DNA of 54,898 nt from Nitrososphaeraceae archaeon. GTDB taxonomy: Archaea; Thermoproteota; Nitrososphaeria; Nitrososphaerales; Nitrososphaeraceae. Below are positions 19,638 through 29,449 of this stretch, one piece after another. Both the position numbers and the translations under genes were made by a program. The DNA lies in contig JBIOZG010000022.1 in assembly GCA_044870765.1 (NCBI GenBank), positions 1 through 54,898 of the forward strand. The letters run 5' to 3'. The notes beneath the pieces were generated by a model, which did no database searches, was not told the origin of the DNA, and saw only the letters and a program-made list of their open reading frames with translations. Position 1 is the stretch's first letter. Each line of letters begins with the position of its first letter.

Positions 19638-20693
19638 CTACTTCTGACCTAGAACTGTGTAATATTCCTTAATATCTTCAAATGCCTTTATTTTATCTTT
19701 TATCTGAATAGTCTCTAAGTTGAATTTTTCTAGAATTTTTTCTTTTGTATATTGTGAAATAACTATTTGGTCGGATTCAGCTATTCCTTCCAACCTACTT
19801 GCCAAGTTCACATGTGTTCCTATTACAGTGAACTGATCCCTTTCTTGGCTTCCCATGAGCCCAACTAAAACCGAACCTGTGTTAATACCGCATTTTATTT
19901 CTATTCTTATATCAGAATTAGTAACCGTCTTCCATATATCCAGCCAATTTCGCTTAAAAATCTGGAATGCCTGCTTCAGCTTTAGGGCGGCAAGAAGCGC
20001 ATTAGAAGCTCCAATTGAACCATCATCTTCTTGTTCTTTGAATCCAAAATATGCAAGTATCCCATCTCCAATGAATTTATCTATAATTCCGCCGTATTCG
20101 TGTATTATAGGCACCGCCACACCCAAGTATTCATTGAGAAAAACGGCTATCAGCTCTGGATGGTCTCTGAAGATCTCTGTTAATTTTGAAAAGTTAGTAA
20201 TATCCCAAAAAACAATGGTCAGAACTCTATTCTGGATCAGTGTTGCATAAGGATCGCTTAGATACTCAATAATTGCAGGATCTAGCTGTCTCTGAAGGCG
20301 AGTTAATATTTTTTGATTTGCGTTGTCAGATATGAACAAGTTCATGTCCTCTAAGAATTTGGATTTGTCCTGTTCTGTCATTTGGTCCTCTGGTATGGGA
20401 AATATTGCTATCACTCCTCTCTCAGAAGGATGTATAGAACAATAGTATGGTATGCTCTGCTGATTACTATCAATCTTGACGGAAGTTGATTCCCCTGGCA
20501 ACATACTGCCAGTCTGAAAAAAGGGACTTTGCAAAGAGGAGTTTGCATCCCCCGAAATCAAGTTATGTACTTTTGTATCCCGATTAATCCAAGTTATGGA
20601 ATCGCCTTTGACTATCTTGACAATCCTTGGTTCAAAATACATTATTTCAGTAGTATTCTCTTTAAAACTAGGAATAACCACAAATTGTTTCAA
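19638..20693 (-). CDS. Cupredoxin-class III adenylate/guanylate cyclase fusion
   Basis: N-terminal FEP..VKGDSITWIN.D..HNLISG...YYCSIHP; C-terminal FWDITNFS, DKFIGDG, FTVIGTHVNLASRLE. Confidence 0.9.
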   Translation of the reverse strand: MKQFVVIPSFKENTTEIMYFEPRIVKIVKGDSITWINRDTKVHNLISGDANSSLQSPFFQTGSMLPGESTSVKIDSNQQSIPYYCSIHPSERGVIAIFPIPEDQMTEQDKSKFLEDMNLFISDNANQKILTRLQRQLDPAIIEYLSDPYATLIQNRVLTIVFWDITNFSKLTEIFRDHPELIAVFLNEYLGVAVPIIHEYGGIIDKFIGDGILAYFGFKEQEDDGSIGASNALLAALKLKQAFQIFKRNWLDIWKTVTNSDIRIEIKCGINTGSVLVGLMGSQERDQFTVIGTHVNLASRLEGIAESDQIVISQYTKEKILEKFNLETIQIKDKIKAFEDIKEYYTVLGQK

Positions 20694-20848
20694 TCAATCG
20701 TAAATAATTATGAGGGAATATAACCTTACGTACTTCATACCTTGTTTTAGCTTCACAGTTTTACTTGGTGTATAATAGATATGTTATGCGAATCTGAATA
20801 TTGTTAACCAAGAAAGACATTAATTAAGGTTCTAGAGCTTAACAAATA

Positions 20849-20995
20849 ATGGAAGGCATTCAAAAATTAAAGTGTAGTTCCTGTGGGATTACATTTATGT
20901 CTGAAAATAATAGTCCACTTTGTCCAACATGTTCTGAGAATTCTACTGCTCATCATCACGGAGAAGAACATGGTTGTGGCTGTGGTGGTCACTGA
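20849..20995 (+). CDS. 48-aa zinc-ribbon microprotein with His/Cys-rich tail (not in ORF track)
   Basis: Manual translation MEGIQKLKCSSCGITFMSENNSPLCPTCSENSTAHHHGEEHGCGCGGH*, followed by a T-run. Confidence 0.85.
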   Translation: MEGIQKLKCSSCGITFMSENNSPLCPTCSENSTAHHHGEEHGCGCGGH

Positions 20996-21207
20996 CTATT
21001 TTTTTTAGGATGGATTATCTATTTAGTTCTTATTGAAGTATCAAATTTTTATTTATTCTGAATTCTAAATTTGATTCTAATGCTAGTTATACTCTAGTCA
21101 TAGTCAGACCAGATTGGAAACTAGAATGCCTTTTTGGCAAAAATGGAAATTATCAAAAATACAAAATGGCGAAGTGCGACTGAAGTGTTTGTCTCGGCAA
21201 AACTTTC

Positions 21208-21615
21208 TTAAACTACGACAATTTCTAACTCGTCATAAGAGTCTTTTACCGAAAGTTCAACCAAAGTATCTTCATAGATTAATAACCAATCTCTTATACC
21301 AATTACAGGAAGCTTTCTAACAAATATTTTGCCGGTTTGGATCAAATTTGCCCTTATGTATGCAAATCGTAAAGGATCTTGATTTTCAGGATTCTTAATC
21401 TTAAAGAGGCTACCCTGAAGTTCGATCCCTGGTCGGCCCCCCTGTATGTTGAGTGTAACGTTTTCAGCGAATCTGTTTTGTATTTTTGCTGTAACATAAC
21501 TTTGTCCGATTTCAAATTGGTGAATATTCAGCAATACTTGAGACCTTACATTTGGAGCTTTTGGTAACTCGCGAAACAATCCTTCAGATATATTATCAAA
21601 GAACAACCCAATCAT
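21208..21615 (-). CDS. Hypothetical protein
   Basis: 135-aa ORF with natural composition; longest of the overlapping frames. Confidence 0.7.
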   Translation of the reverse strand: MIGLFFDNISEGLFRELPKAPNVRSQVLLNIHQFEIGQSYVTAKIQNRFAENVTLNIQGGRPGIELQGSLFKIKNPENQDPLRFAYIRANLIQTGKIFVRKLPVIGIRDWLLIYEDTLVELSVKDSYDELEIVVV

Positions 21616-21803
21616 TAGTTAGTTTCATACATGTGGCCTATATACAAATTACCACGTTCTTAACGGACAATTTGATTCTAACAATAGCTTCTACGTATCT
21701 TAAATCAACTTGTATTTCACACTGTCTTTACTGCAAATTGAGTTCTCTTAAAACTCGATCTTTATAACACTTAATAATATTATTTGATCTTAGTCTACCA
21801 TCT

Positions 21804-22466
21804 TTGGTTACTGTCGAGGAGCTACTCCCTTTATATGATTATTTTGGATATCCAGGAATTCTATTGGTAAGCTTTATCATAAATATATTGTTCTTTTTAC
21901 CAATACCCTATTTTCCCCTTCCTCTACTAGCGGCATTCAACAAGAACTTGGATCCACACTTAATCTCTCTATTTGGCACAGCTGGTGCTGTTGCGGCGAA
22001 GATGATAATTTTTTATCTTGCCTATTCTGGACGCAATATCATCACCAGAAAATCAAAGGGAAAAACTATATCACTTCAAAAATTCCTAGGCAAATACGGC
22101 TGGATAGGTGCACTAGTAGCCCCAGTAATCCCATTTTCAGAAAATCTCATTTACATTACATTGGGTCTGACAAGATATAGCCCACAGAAATTTGCTGTTG
22201 CTGTATTTATTGGAGTACTATTATATAATGAGTTTATTGTATGGGTAGGAATCCTTTTAGGAAGACCATTTGTTGACAGCATGATTTCAACGTTTACAAA
22301 TACAGATAATCCAGTCGCTATCATAACAGCCGTTATTCTAAGTATCGCTGGAATTTTAATAACCCTGTACTTATTAATAAGAATAAATTGGAATAAGATA
22401 ATTGGAAAAAGGTTCCCATGGACCAACACCAACACCAACACAAATAATAGTAATGAAGGGTCGTAA
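21804..22466 (+). CDS. DedA/VTT (SNARE-associated) membrane protein
   Basis: FFLPIPY, KYGW...PVIPFSE.LIYI.LGL.RY...KF motifs. Confidence 0.85.
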   Translation: MVTVEELLPLYDYFGYPGILLVSFIINILFFLPIPYFPLPLLAAFNKNLDPHLISLFGTAGAVAAKMIIFYLAYSGRNIITRKSKGKTISLQKFLGKYGWIGALVAPVIPFSENLIYITLGLTRYSPQKFAVAVFIGVLLYNEFIVWVGILLGRPFVDSMISTFTNTDNPVAIITAVILSIAGILITLYLLIRINWNKIIGKRFPWTNTNTNTNNSNEGS

Positions 22467-22567
22467 CTATTAGTTTGCTCTCTAAGTTATGATTATTTAG
22501 CCTTCTAATACTCAAAAGTTCCTTTATAGAATATCGAATTAAAGCTACTTTTGAATTTTTCCAAGAT

Positions 22568-23311
22568 TTGTATCGGAAATTTTATTTAGAGAGAGTACTT
22601 AACCTAACCATATTGCATTATTGGGTAGGATCATTTTGTCGTATCACAGATAAGAAACAGCGAACACCAATATTTCCTGCAGGGGCAACAGCAGCATCAG
22701 ACGTCATCAAAATAGTAGCTGATTTAGGAAACCAAATACCTGACAAATCCTGGATGCTCTACCTGTTGGAGTTATTTACAATCCACAATGTGCCAATTGA
22801 ATTGAACCTTATCTGTCAGTTTGACAATCAGGACTACTTTGAAGCAATATTTCAAGGTGTCAATAGATATAGGTTTACAAAAGTATTACCAATTATTGAA
22901 CATTCATACCTACGGATGTTGGTGCTGGACAAAATAAATAAACAAATTAAATATTCTATCACTGATCAAATCACAGGAATATCAGAAACCTTTAATTTTT
23001 CACTCGGTTCTATGAACTTTGATTATATTGCGGGAAATCAGTTTTCGGGGATTGAGTGGTGGAATAAGATGGGAAACTTTCCCTACTCAATCAGGTATAA
23101 AGTAGAGCTATCTCAACTTATGGTTGGTTTTATAGATAAGGATGACCCAGAATCAGTTACTTTCATTCCACATGACTCGTTGATACCAAATAAAGATAAC
23201 TCTGGAACAGCTTATCCGATAACATTTCAAAATATAATGTTAAGAGATGGTTGTGTATGTTATTCAATCCAATCAGGTAAATGTAATACTGGAATTCATT
23301 ACAGTATTTAA
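22568..23311 (+). CDS. Hypothetical protein
   Basis: 247-aa ORF, beta-rich, no family recognised. Confidence 0.7.
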   Translation: MYRKFYLERVLNLTILHYWVGSFCRITDKKQRTPIFPAGATAASDVIKIVADLGNQIPDKSWMLYLLELFTIHNVPIELNLICQFDNQDYFEAIFQGVNRYRFTKVLPIIEHSYLRMLVLDKINKQIKYSITDQITGISETFNFSLGSMNFDYIAGNQFSGIEWWNKMGNFPYSIRYKVELSQLMVGFIDKDDPESVTFIPHDSLIPNKDNSGTAYPITFQNIMLRDGCVCYSIQSGKCNTGIHYSI

Positions 23312-23386
23312 AAACCATACTACTGAAAGCAATTTTGGCATAAGATTCTCAAAGTTTAAAGCATACATAATGAGAAGTAATTTTTA

Positions 23387-23602
23387 TTGATAGGATGGAT
23401 TGTACTCATACTGATCATTTTAGTTATTCTTGCACTAATAGGTTTAGGCTGGGATACATTTTTTGGCGGAGTAAAAAGAGGTATCGAGAAAATTGGAGAT
23501 CTTCCAGAAGTAAAGAATCTGACCAACAAAGCAAAGAATGAATTTGGTAGTATTATTGGTAATTCTACACTAGATATTATATTGGTTATCAAAATCATAT
23601 GA
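23387..23602 (+). CDS. Small single-TM protein
   Basis: Hydrophobic N-terminus, then IGLGWDTFFGGVKRGIEK. Confidence 0.7.
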   Translation: MIGWIVLILIILVILALIGLGWDTFFGGVKRGIEKIGDLPEVKNLTNKAKNEFGSIIGNSTLDIILVIKII

Positions 23603-23635
23603 AATCCCTGAACCTGTAAAAGTAAGTAATAACTT

Positions 23636-23746
23636 TATGAAAGGGAGTCGCCAGCCCCGTGTTTGGCATCCCTTCCATATTAGTTGGAGCTTGGACTTTC
23701 GGTGAACGGAGTCAAAAACCGAAATCCTTTCCCTACTTTGTTGTAG
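23636..23746. ncRNA. Candidate structured RNA (two to three hairpins)
   Basis: GC-rich island with stems AAGGGA/TCCCTT plus GCCA/TGGC, and TTTCGGT/ACCGAAA plus GGA/TCC. Confidence 0.35.
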
Positions 23747-24428
23747 CACAACAAAACATAATAATGATTTATTAGAATCTCAGAAACTAGCACATTTTAA
23801 ACAGCTTATTGCATTACTAAAATGAAAACGTGACAAAAAATAATTTTAAAGCGCTGAGCAAGAGGTTGAAATTTTGTTTGATATAATAGGTATTTGATAC
23901 GGCTGAATTATAATCTGGGTATGAGTATTGGTAACGAGCAAACTTAAGTATACCTTGGACATTTAATATTAGTCTTGCTAATACTAATCTATATCATCTT
24001 AGATATCATACATTGATAATAACTAAATTCACAATTCAATTAACTGATTGGAAAATAGCGTTACTCATAAAGCTTCTTCGTCCACCAAGTTCCTATATTG
24101 TCAACAAGATTGCCTAGCTAATTCTAATCTTCATAAATTACCCAATTTTGTGTAAATCGGGTAAATCTAAAAGAAAAATTAAAGCTCCAAATTATGTGGT
24201 AGGAACAAAGTAATTTCCGATAATTTAGAAATCGATAATGGACATCTTAAAAAAAGTCGAATACAAATAGCGTACGCGAGAGGATTTGGACTAAATAAGA
24301 CAAAAGCACATCCAAGAATGGTAAAAATTAGCACAAACGGCGAAACGAGCTTAAGTAACAGATTTAAATGATGGAGTGGATTATTATACATGTTCCACAA
24401 CACTCCGAATAATGGAGATGGTTCTTGA

Positions 24429-24563
24429 TTGTCACAGGCAGTATCTGAAGGTAACAATTTAAAATGTCATATTTGTGGTATAATGTTTGCAACTCAACAA
24501 GAAAAGCAACAACATATGAAATTAGAACATCAGAAGAAAGAAGAACCAACCGGAGTTGGCTAA
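24429..24563 (+). CDS. 44-aa C2H2 zinc-finger microprotein (TTG start; not in ORF track)
   Basis: MSQAVSEGNNLKCHICGIMFATQQEKQQHMKLEHQKKEEPTGVG*, i.e. C-x2-C-x3-F-x8-H-x4-H. Confidence 0.85.
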   Translation: MSQAVSEGNNLKCHICGIMFATQQEKQQHMKLEHQKKEEPTGVG

Positions 24564-24745
24564 TTCCAAGCGTTTGTATATTAACAATTTAATTAACAAT
24601 TTAATTAATATAAGTTCAGCTTATTAGATTTATTGTAGCAGATCTAATTACCATACAAAGTAATGCTCTTAGATTGCCTTTTCTGGTATCATTTCAAGTA
24701 CTGAATTTAAAACTGATTAATAAATATTATATACCATATTAAAAT

Positions 24746-25840
24746 ATGACAGAAATCGGATATTGGGCATCGCAAGAACAATATTCAATGCAGCAATTGA
24801 TTGATTTTGTAAAGGAGGCAGAAAGGGCAGGTTTCGAGTCAACTCTCACAAGCGACCATTTTCATCCATGGTCGCATACAAATGGACATGGAAATTTCAC
24901 ATGGGTCTGGATTTCAGCCATCGCCGAAAGAACAAAAAAAATGAAATTTATAACGGGAGTTACTGCTGCTGTATATCGATATAATCCTGGATTAATCGCA
25001 CAAGCTTTTGCTTCCCTAGATGTATTATATCCTGGACGTATTGGTCTTGGTGTGGGATCTGGTGAGGCAATGAATGAAGTAACTTTGGGATTTGATTGGC
25101 CCCCTGCAGAAATTAGGGTCGAAAGAACTGTCGAATCAATTCAAATCATCAAAAAATTATGGAACAAAAGTGAAAATAATTTCAACGTTTTAGAAAAGTC
25201 ACGACGGAATAATAATAAAAAAGATAGTAATAGCAACATTCATTGTAGCGTAGATGAGGATGGCTTTGTAACATTTATAGGAAAATATTTTAAAATCCAA
25301 AACGCCAAACTGTACACACCTCCTTCAACGAACATACCTTTGTTTATGGCAGGTTCAGGTACGAATGCAATCAAAGCAGCGGCTGAATATACGGATGGGC
25401 TGATTACAACTTCAAAACCTGAAGGAGTAAAAGAAACATTTGAAATATTTGATAGTGCTGCTAAGAATGCCAACAAGGATATTAATTCACTTGAAAAAAT
25501 AGCAAAACCAAAAGTATCTTATTCTGAGGATTACGATAAAGCATTTAAGGCAACCGAGTTCTGGCGTACTACGCAAATAGACGATGCGTTTGATATTAAT
25601 ATTAATGATCCAAGGGTTTTAGAAGAAAAAGCGAAAAGAGAAGTGTCAGATGATGAACAAAAGAAATCAACTATAATAGTTACTTCCATAGAAGACCTAA
25701 TTTCTCCGATCGAAAAATATCTTGATGCTGGTTTTACAAAAATTTACATACACAGTACAAGTCCAGATGAAATTGAATTTATTAGATTATTTTCAAAAAA
25801 AGTCTTACCTTACTTTAGAGATATGTGGAAGAAAGCTTAG
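24746..25840 (+). CDS. F420-dependent LLM-class oxidoreductase (G6PDH-F420-like)
   Basis: ASQEQY, SDHFHPW and GVGSGEAMNE motifs. Confidence 0.92.
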   Translation: MTEIGYWASQEQYSMQQLIDFVKEAERAGFESTLTSDHFHPWSHTNGHGNFTWVWISAIAERTKKMKFITGVTAAVYRYNPGLIAQAFASLDVLYPGRIGLGVGSGEAMNEVTLGFDWPPAEIRVERTVESIQIIKKLWNKSENNFNVLEKSRRNNNKKDSNSNIHCSVDEDGFVTFIGKYFKIQNAKLYTPPSTNIPLFMAGSGTNAIKAAAEYTDGLITTSKPEGVKETFEIFDSAAKNANKDINSLEKIAKPKVSYSEDYDKAFKATEFWRTTQIDDAFDININDPRVLEEKAKREVSDDEQKKSTIIVTSIEDLISPIEKYLDAGFTKIYIHSTSPDEIEFIRLFSKKVLPYFRDMWKKA

Positions 25841-26001
25841 ATCTTGGTACAGGACAAAAGCAAACATATTTCGTTTTGTAGATTTCACTAGTTATATGGA
25901 ATTGAGATTTATTATCTGTAAATTCTTTGTGAATGGAATGGCATCCATCAATAAAGAAGTTAAATCAACAGATTGATCAACCAATTTGCAACTTTATCCA
26001 A

Positions 26002-26601
26002 TTACATTTTTTCTAAAAGCTGCTGTTTCATTTTCTGGAATTCAGATTCACTCAAAACTCCTTTTTTCATTAATGTAGAGAGCTTCTCAATTTCATCTGC
26101 AATTGAGATATTATCAACACTTATTGATCTATCATCGCTCGATTCTTTCATTCGCCGCCTGATTATTTCTAAAAGTTCTTCAGACTTGTCCTTTGAGAGA
26201 GCCTCCATCACACCTTCTTGGTCATCCTCTCCGGATATATTCTCATCAATAAGGCCTAACTTGCTCTTGTTTACCAACGATGGTGCCTTAAATAAAATAG
26301 TTGAGGTAAATACACCCTTCTGGAGTTTTACGCTGGTTATTACATCATAGGGAATATCAATAAGTTCAGATTTTAAGCCGAGCATGTATGGGTCTCTCAT
26401 AATTATTCTTCTATCGGTAGCTATGATAGTGTCTGGTGTTAGAACTGAGCCACCAGGCATCAATCTGGACTGTCTAGCAACTAGGAGAACTTTTTCATCC
26501 GAGCTCAATATTTTCTCAACCTTTTCAATCTCCCTCAATTCTTCTTCATCAGTTATATCAGTGTTAAATGAGTGTTTATCAGACGAGACCAAAATTATCA
26601 A
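26002..26601 (-). CDS. Bacterial-type PH domain protein with C-terminal SHOCT domain
   Basis: IIATDRRII...DIPYDVITSV, then IADEIEKLSTLMKKGVLSESEFQKMKQQLL. Confidence 0.85.
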   Translation of the reverse strand: MIILVSSDKHSFNTDITDEEELREIEKVEKILSSDEKVLLVARQSRLMPGGSVLTPDTIIATDRRIIMRDPYMLGLKSELIDIPYDVITSVKLQKGVFTSTILFKAPSLVNKSKLGLIDENISGEDDQEGVMEALSKDKSEELLEIIRRRMKESSDDRSISVDNISIADEIEKLSTLMKKGVLSESEFQKMKQQLLEKM

Positions 26602-26804
26602 TATTATCTAGGTTTACATATTTTATATAAAAGCTACCCAAAAAGTGATCACAGTTAAAGGAGTAAATAATTTTCTTATGGGAGTAGCTTTCTATGGAGT
26701 ACAAGTTAATTTATCTAGTGATCCACATGTTTAAGAGTTATAAGTAGCGATATCTATTAAGGTAATGAATTTTAGTCCTAGCGAATTAAGGTACCGTCTA
26801 ACCA

Positions 26805-26939
26805 TCAAGCATTGATTTTCCCTGGGTAGAATACATGGGAAATTAATTTATGATAACAGGTATTACAGACGAACATATCCAAGAAGTGATTTAAGGAGTG
26901 TATTTGCTTTCTACAATAATCACATTTCATCGTTTCCAT
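26805..26939 (-). CDS. 44-aa CxxC...CxxC zinc-finger microprotein
   Basis: METMKCDYCRKQ...FVCNTCYHKL; ATG 26939 follows a TATA-like element, so it is preferred over the longer ORF-track start. Confidence 0.6.
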   Translation of the reverse strand: METMKCDYCRKQIHSLNHFLDMFVCNTCYHKLISHVFYPGKINA

Positions 26940-27166
26940 TAAATTAATGTCTTCATTATAATTTAAATAGTTTGTATAATCATTTAAGCAATTATTTTTC
27001 TTGCTTATTTTTCTATATGAATCTGCTGTAGGAAAAAGTCCACACGCACGTACTAAATTAATGAGTACACATTGATTCAATTGATAATACAAGAAATCCA
27101 ATTGATTATCATCTAGTCTAAATAGAAACAATTAAAGGACTCATTCGTTACTTCTCGATAAAGACT

Positions 27167-27820
27167 ATGAATTTATTTACTAGTAGATTATTGACAATTT
27201 GCGGATTAATTAGTACTGCACTCTTATTTCAAATAATGATCTCATCAAATCTTGTTGTTGCAATTGAAAGCTCAGAGTCAAATACGAATAAGATTAGTTC
27301 TGGTTCTGAACTAGAATCAATCGTTACTAATGGATCATCGACAAACCAGCTTGCTTATAGAAACTCACAACATGGAATATTTATGTTGTTTCCTTCAAAC
27401 TGGACTTTCTCCAATAGCGGTCTACCAGAGTATACTCAGGTAGCAGCATTTTATGGGCCACTACAAAATCTTTCCGATCCAATTCCACCTAGATTAACTA
27501 TAACTGTAATGAACTATCAACAAAACGTATCTCTCAAAGATTTTACAAATATGACACTTTCCTCCCTTAATCAAACAAATCAAGTAAAAATCTTAAGCTC
27601 TGAGCCTACCACTCTAGCTGGCCATCCTGGTTATCAAGTTGTTTTTTCAACGTTACCAAATATCGGAAATCCTGTTTCCTTCGAGATAATGCACTCATGG
27701 ATATCTATGGGCAAAAAGATTTATGTACTCCAGTATAGCGCAGAAAGTTCTAAATTTGATACCTATTTACCCACTATCAAGCAAATTTTACAATCACTGA
27801 GAATAGATACAACTAGGTAA
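27167..27820 (+). CDS. PsbP-like exported protein
   Basis: Signal peptide; YRNSQHGIFMLFPSNW, TTLAGHPGYQVVF and FDTYLPTIKQILQSL motifs. Confidence 0.8.
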   Translation: MNLFTSRLLTICGLISTALLFQIMISSNLVVAIESSESNTNKISSGSELESIVTNGSSTNQLAYRNSQHGIFMLFPSNWTFSNSGLPEYTQVAAFYGPLQNLSDPIPPRLTITVMNYQQNVSLKDFTNMTLSSLNQTNQVKILSSEPTTLAGHPGYQVVFSTLPNIGNPVSFEIMHSWISMGKKIYVLQYSAESSKFDTYLPTIKQILQSLRIDTTR

Positions 27821-27955
27821 TTCTCTCAAATAAGACTAATCAAAGAATATTTGTCAGACTTATGTCATGATAACCAAGCCTATTATCTATAGGCTTAAAA
27901 CACAGATCAGAAGATTAACAATTATAAACTTTATAATTATGAGGAGTAGGGATGG

Positions 27956-28822
27956 ATGAGAACTAGGAATACCAGGTTGTTTATTACATTAACTTTGATT
28001 GTCTGCACTTTTGCAATAACCTACTATGTTCCATTTTCAAAGACATCTCTATCAGATATTATGACTATGACAAACTCTGACAAATTTGGAATATTGGAAA
28101 TTTATCCTACAAAACCTGGAGGCAGAGAATGGTTTATTGATATGAACAATCCTACAAAGGATCCTGGATTCAACGCCGCATCAAATATTTCTCGTCAAAT
28201 GGATGGTTCATGGCAGATAAGCGGACGACTTGAAAACGGGAAATACGCTGGTGAGGTCAGAATGGAAGTGCTAAGACTCCCAGGATCTGAGGAGTGGAAA
28301 AACGTCGAGATGACTGGATACGCAAAGATAATTCCAACAATGAATCCAAATGATTCTCTTGTCTGGTCTGTCAGAGGTGGGGTACATAATGATACTGCTC
28401 CTTGTGAAGGAACAGCTTTGAAGGGTGAAATAGATGTTAATGGAACTGTTTCTTGGGTAAAGGAGATATGGCATACAGGTGGCTATACGAGCAAACGTGC
28501 AGAAACACAAGTCACTGATCCTATCGTTGGAAGGTGGATTGGATGGAAGGTAGTTGTATACAATATTAATAATGACACAGCGGTAAAGATGGAATCTTAT
28601 CTAGATGATAAGGCCGATAATCGGTGGTTAAAGGTTACCGATCTAACTGACAACGGTAGATGGTACGCCAACAGCCCTGATAGTGTATTTTACAGTGCAA
28701 ATTGCGGAAAGACCAAAAACTACATAATAACAAATGGGGGACCGTTAGCTATCTTTAGATCAGATAATATGACATGGAATTTTAGGGGCTTGAGTGTAAG
28801 AGAAATTAAGGTCCCTTCATAA
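27956..28822 (+). CDS. Exported beta-sandwich protein (possible carbohydrate-active or carbohydrate-binding)
   Basis: Signal peptide; WKNVEMTGY, RGGVHND, KEIWH, WIGWKVVVYN, FRSD; Trp-rich. Confidence 0.6.
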   Translation: MRTRNTRLFITLTLIVCTFAITYYVPFSKTSLSDIMTMTNSDKFGILEIYPTKPGGREWFIDMNNPTKDPGFNAASNISRQMDGSWQISGRLENGKYAGEVRMEVLRLPGSEEWKNVEMTGYAKIIPTMNPNDSLVWSVRGGVHNDTAPCEGTALKGEIDVNGTVSWVKEIWHTGGYTSKRAETQVTDPIVGRWIGWKVVVYNINNDTAVKMESYLDDKADNRWLKVTDLTDNGRWYANSPDSVFYSANCGKTKNYIITNGGPLAIFRSDNMTWNFRGLSVREIKVPS

Positions 28823-28902
28823 GCGTGAACCCTTTCTGTTTCACATCTACAAGATCTACAAAAATCAAGTTTAAATCACTCTCAGAATATGCCTCGGGAT
28901 AG

Positions 28903-28918
28903 GTAATCGATCGATTAC
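28903..28918. promoter_or_regulatory. Perfect 16-bp palindrome upstream of a TATA box
   Basis: GTAATCGATCGATTAC, about 10 bp before TTTTTAAA of the 28958 gene. Confidence 0.45.
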
Positions 28919-28957
28919 TGTGGATACTTTTTAAAGGTATTCGTAATATGCATCAGC

Positions 28958-29251
28958 ATGGAATACGAAGATTATGGCAAAAAAATGTTGATTTATGCAA
29001 GTGTTGCGATTGTGGGAATATTCTTTGCATTACAGGCTCTGTTCGGATTTCCTTTATTCAAATCATTTGAGAGTGATATTATCAGTGATGCACGGGTTGT
29101 AATAAAAGATGCTAGTGGGACTTGCATCCTTGAAGCATCTGATAAAATACCTAGAGTGATTCATAATTGTTCCTATGACAAGGAAGATATTGTAACAATA
29201 ACGTACAAGAAGGGTTCGCCAGATATAAAAGGACATAGTCCAAAATCATAA
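28958..29251 (+). CDS. Single-TM hypothetical protein with small OB-like domain
   Basis: N-terminal TM helix and two Cys. Confidence 0.75.
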   Translation: MEYEDYGKKMLIYASVAIVGIFFALQALFGFPLFKSFESDIISDARVVIKDASGTCILEASDKIPRVIHNCSYDKEDIVTITYKKGSPDIKGHSPKS

Positions 29252-29449
29252 ATTCAAACTTTGATATTGTGAGAGCGATTATTACTATTAGCAGTAATAC
29301 ACTAATTTTTGCCACAGAAAAGCTTTTACTCTAGTATAGAAATAATTATTACATTTTACACCATCGGTTAAAATATCCTTTATAAATTGATTATTTCATC
29401 TAATGCTTAGAAAATTCAACTTTTTAGTCGTATCCAATCATTATATTAA

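Noticed and set aside
23651-23658. CCAGCCCC match to the tRNA-Pro 3' end as an att site
   Set aside because: Only 8 bp, inverted relative to the tRNA gene, and no integrase.
24179-24460. Minus-strand ORFs, and a C/D-box or fluoride-riboswitch-like look (ATGATGG...CTGA)
   Set aside because: Boxes are imperfect and the CTGA lies inside the C2H2 ORF; the ORFs have no recognisable features.
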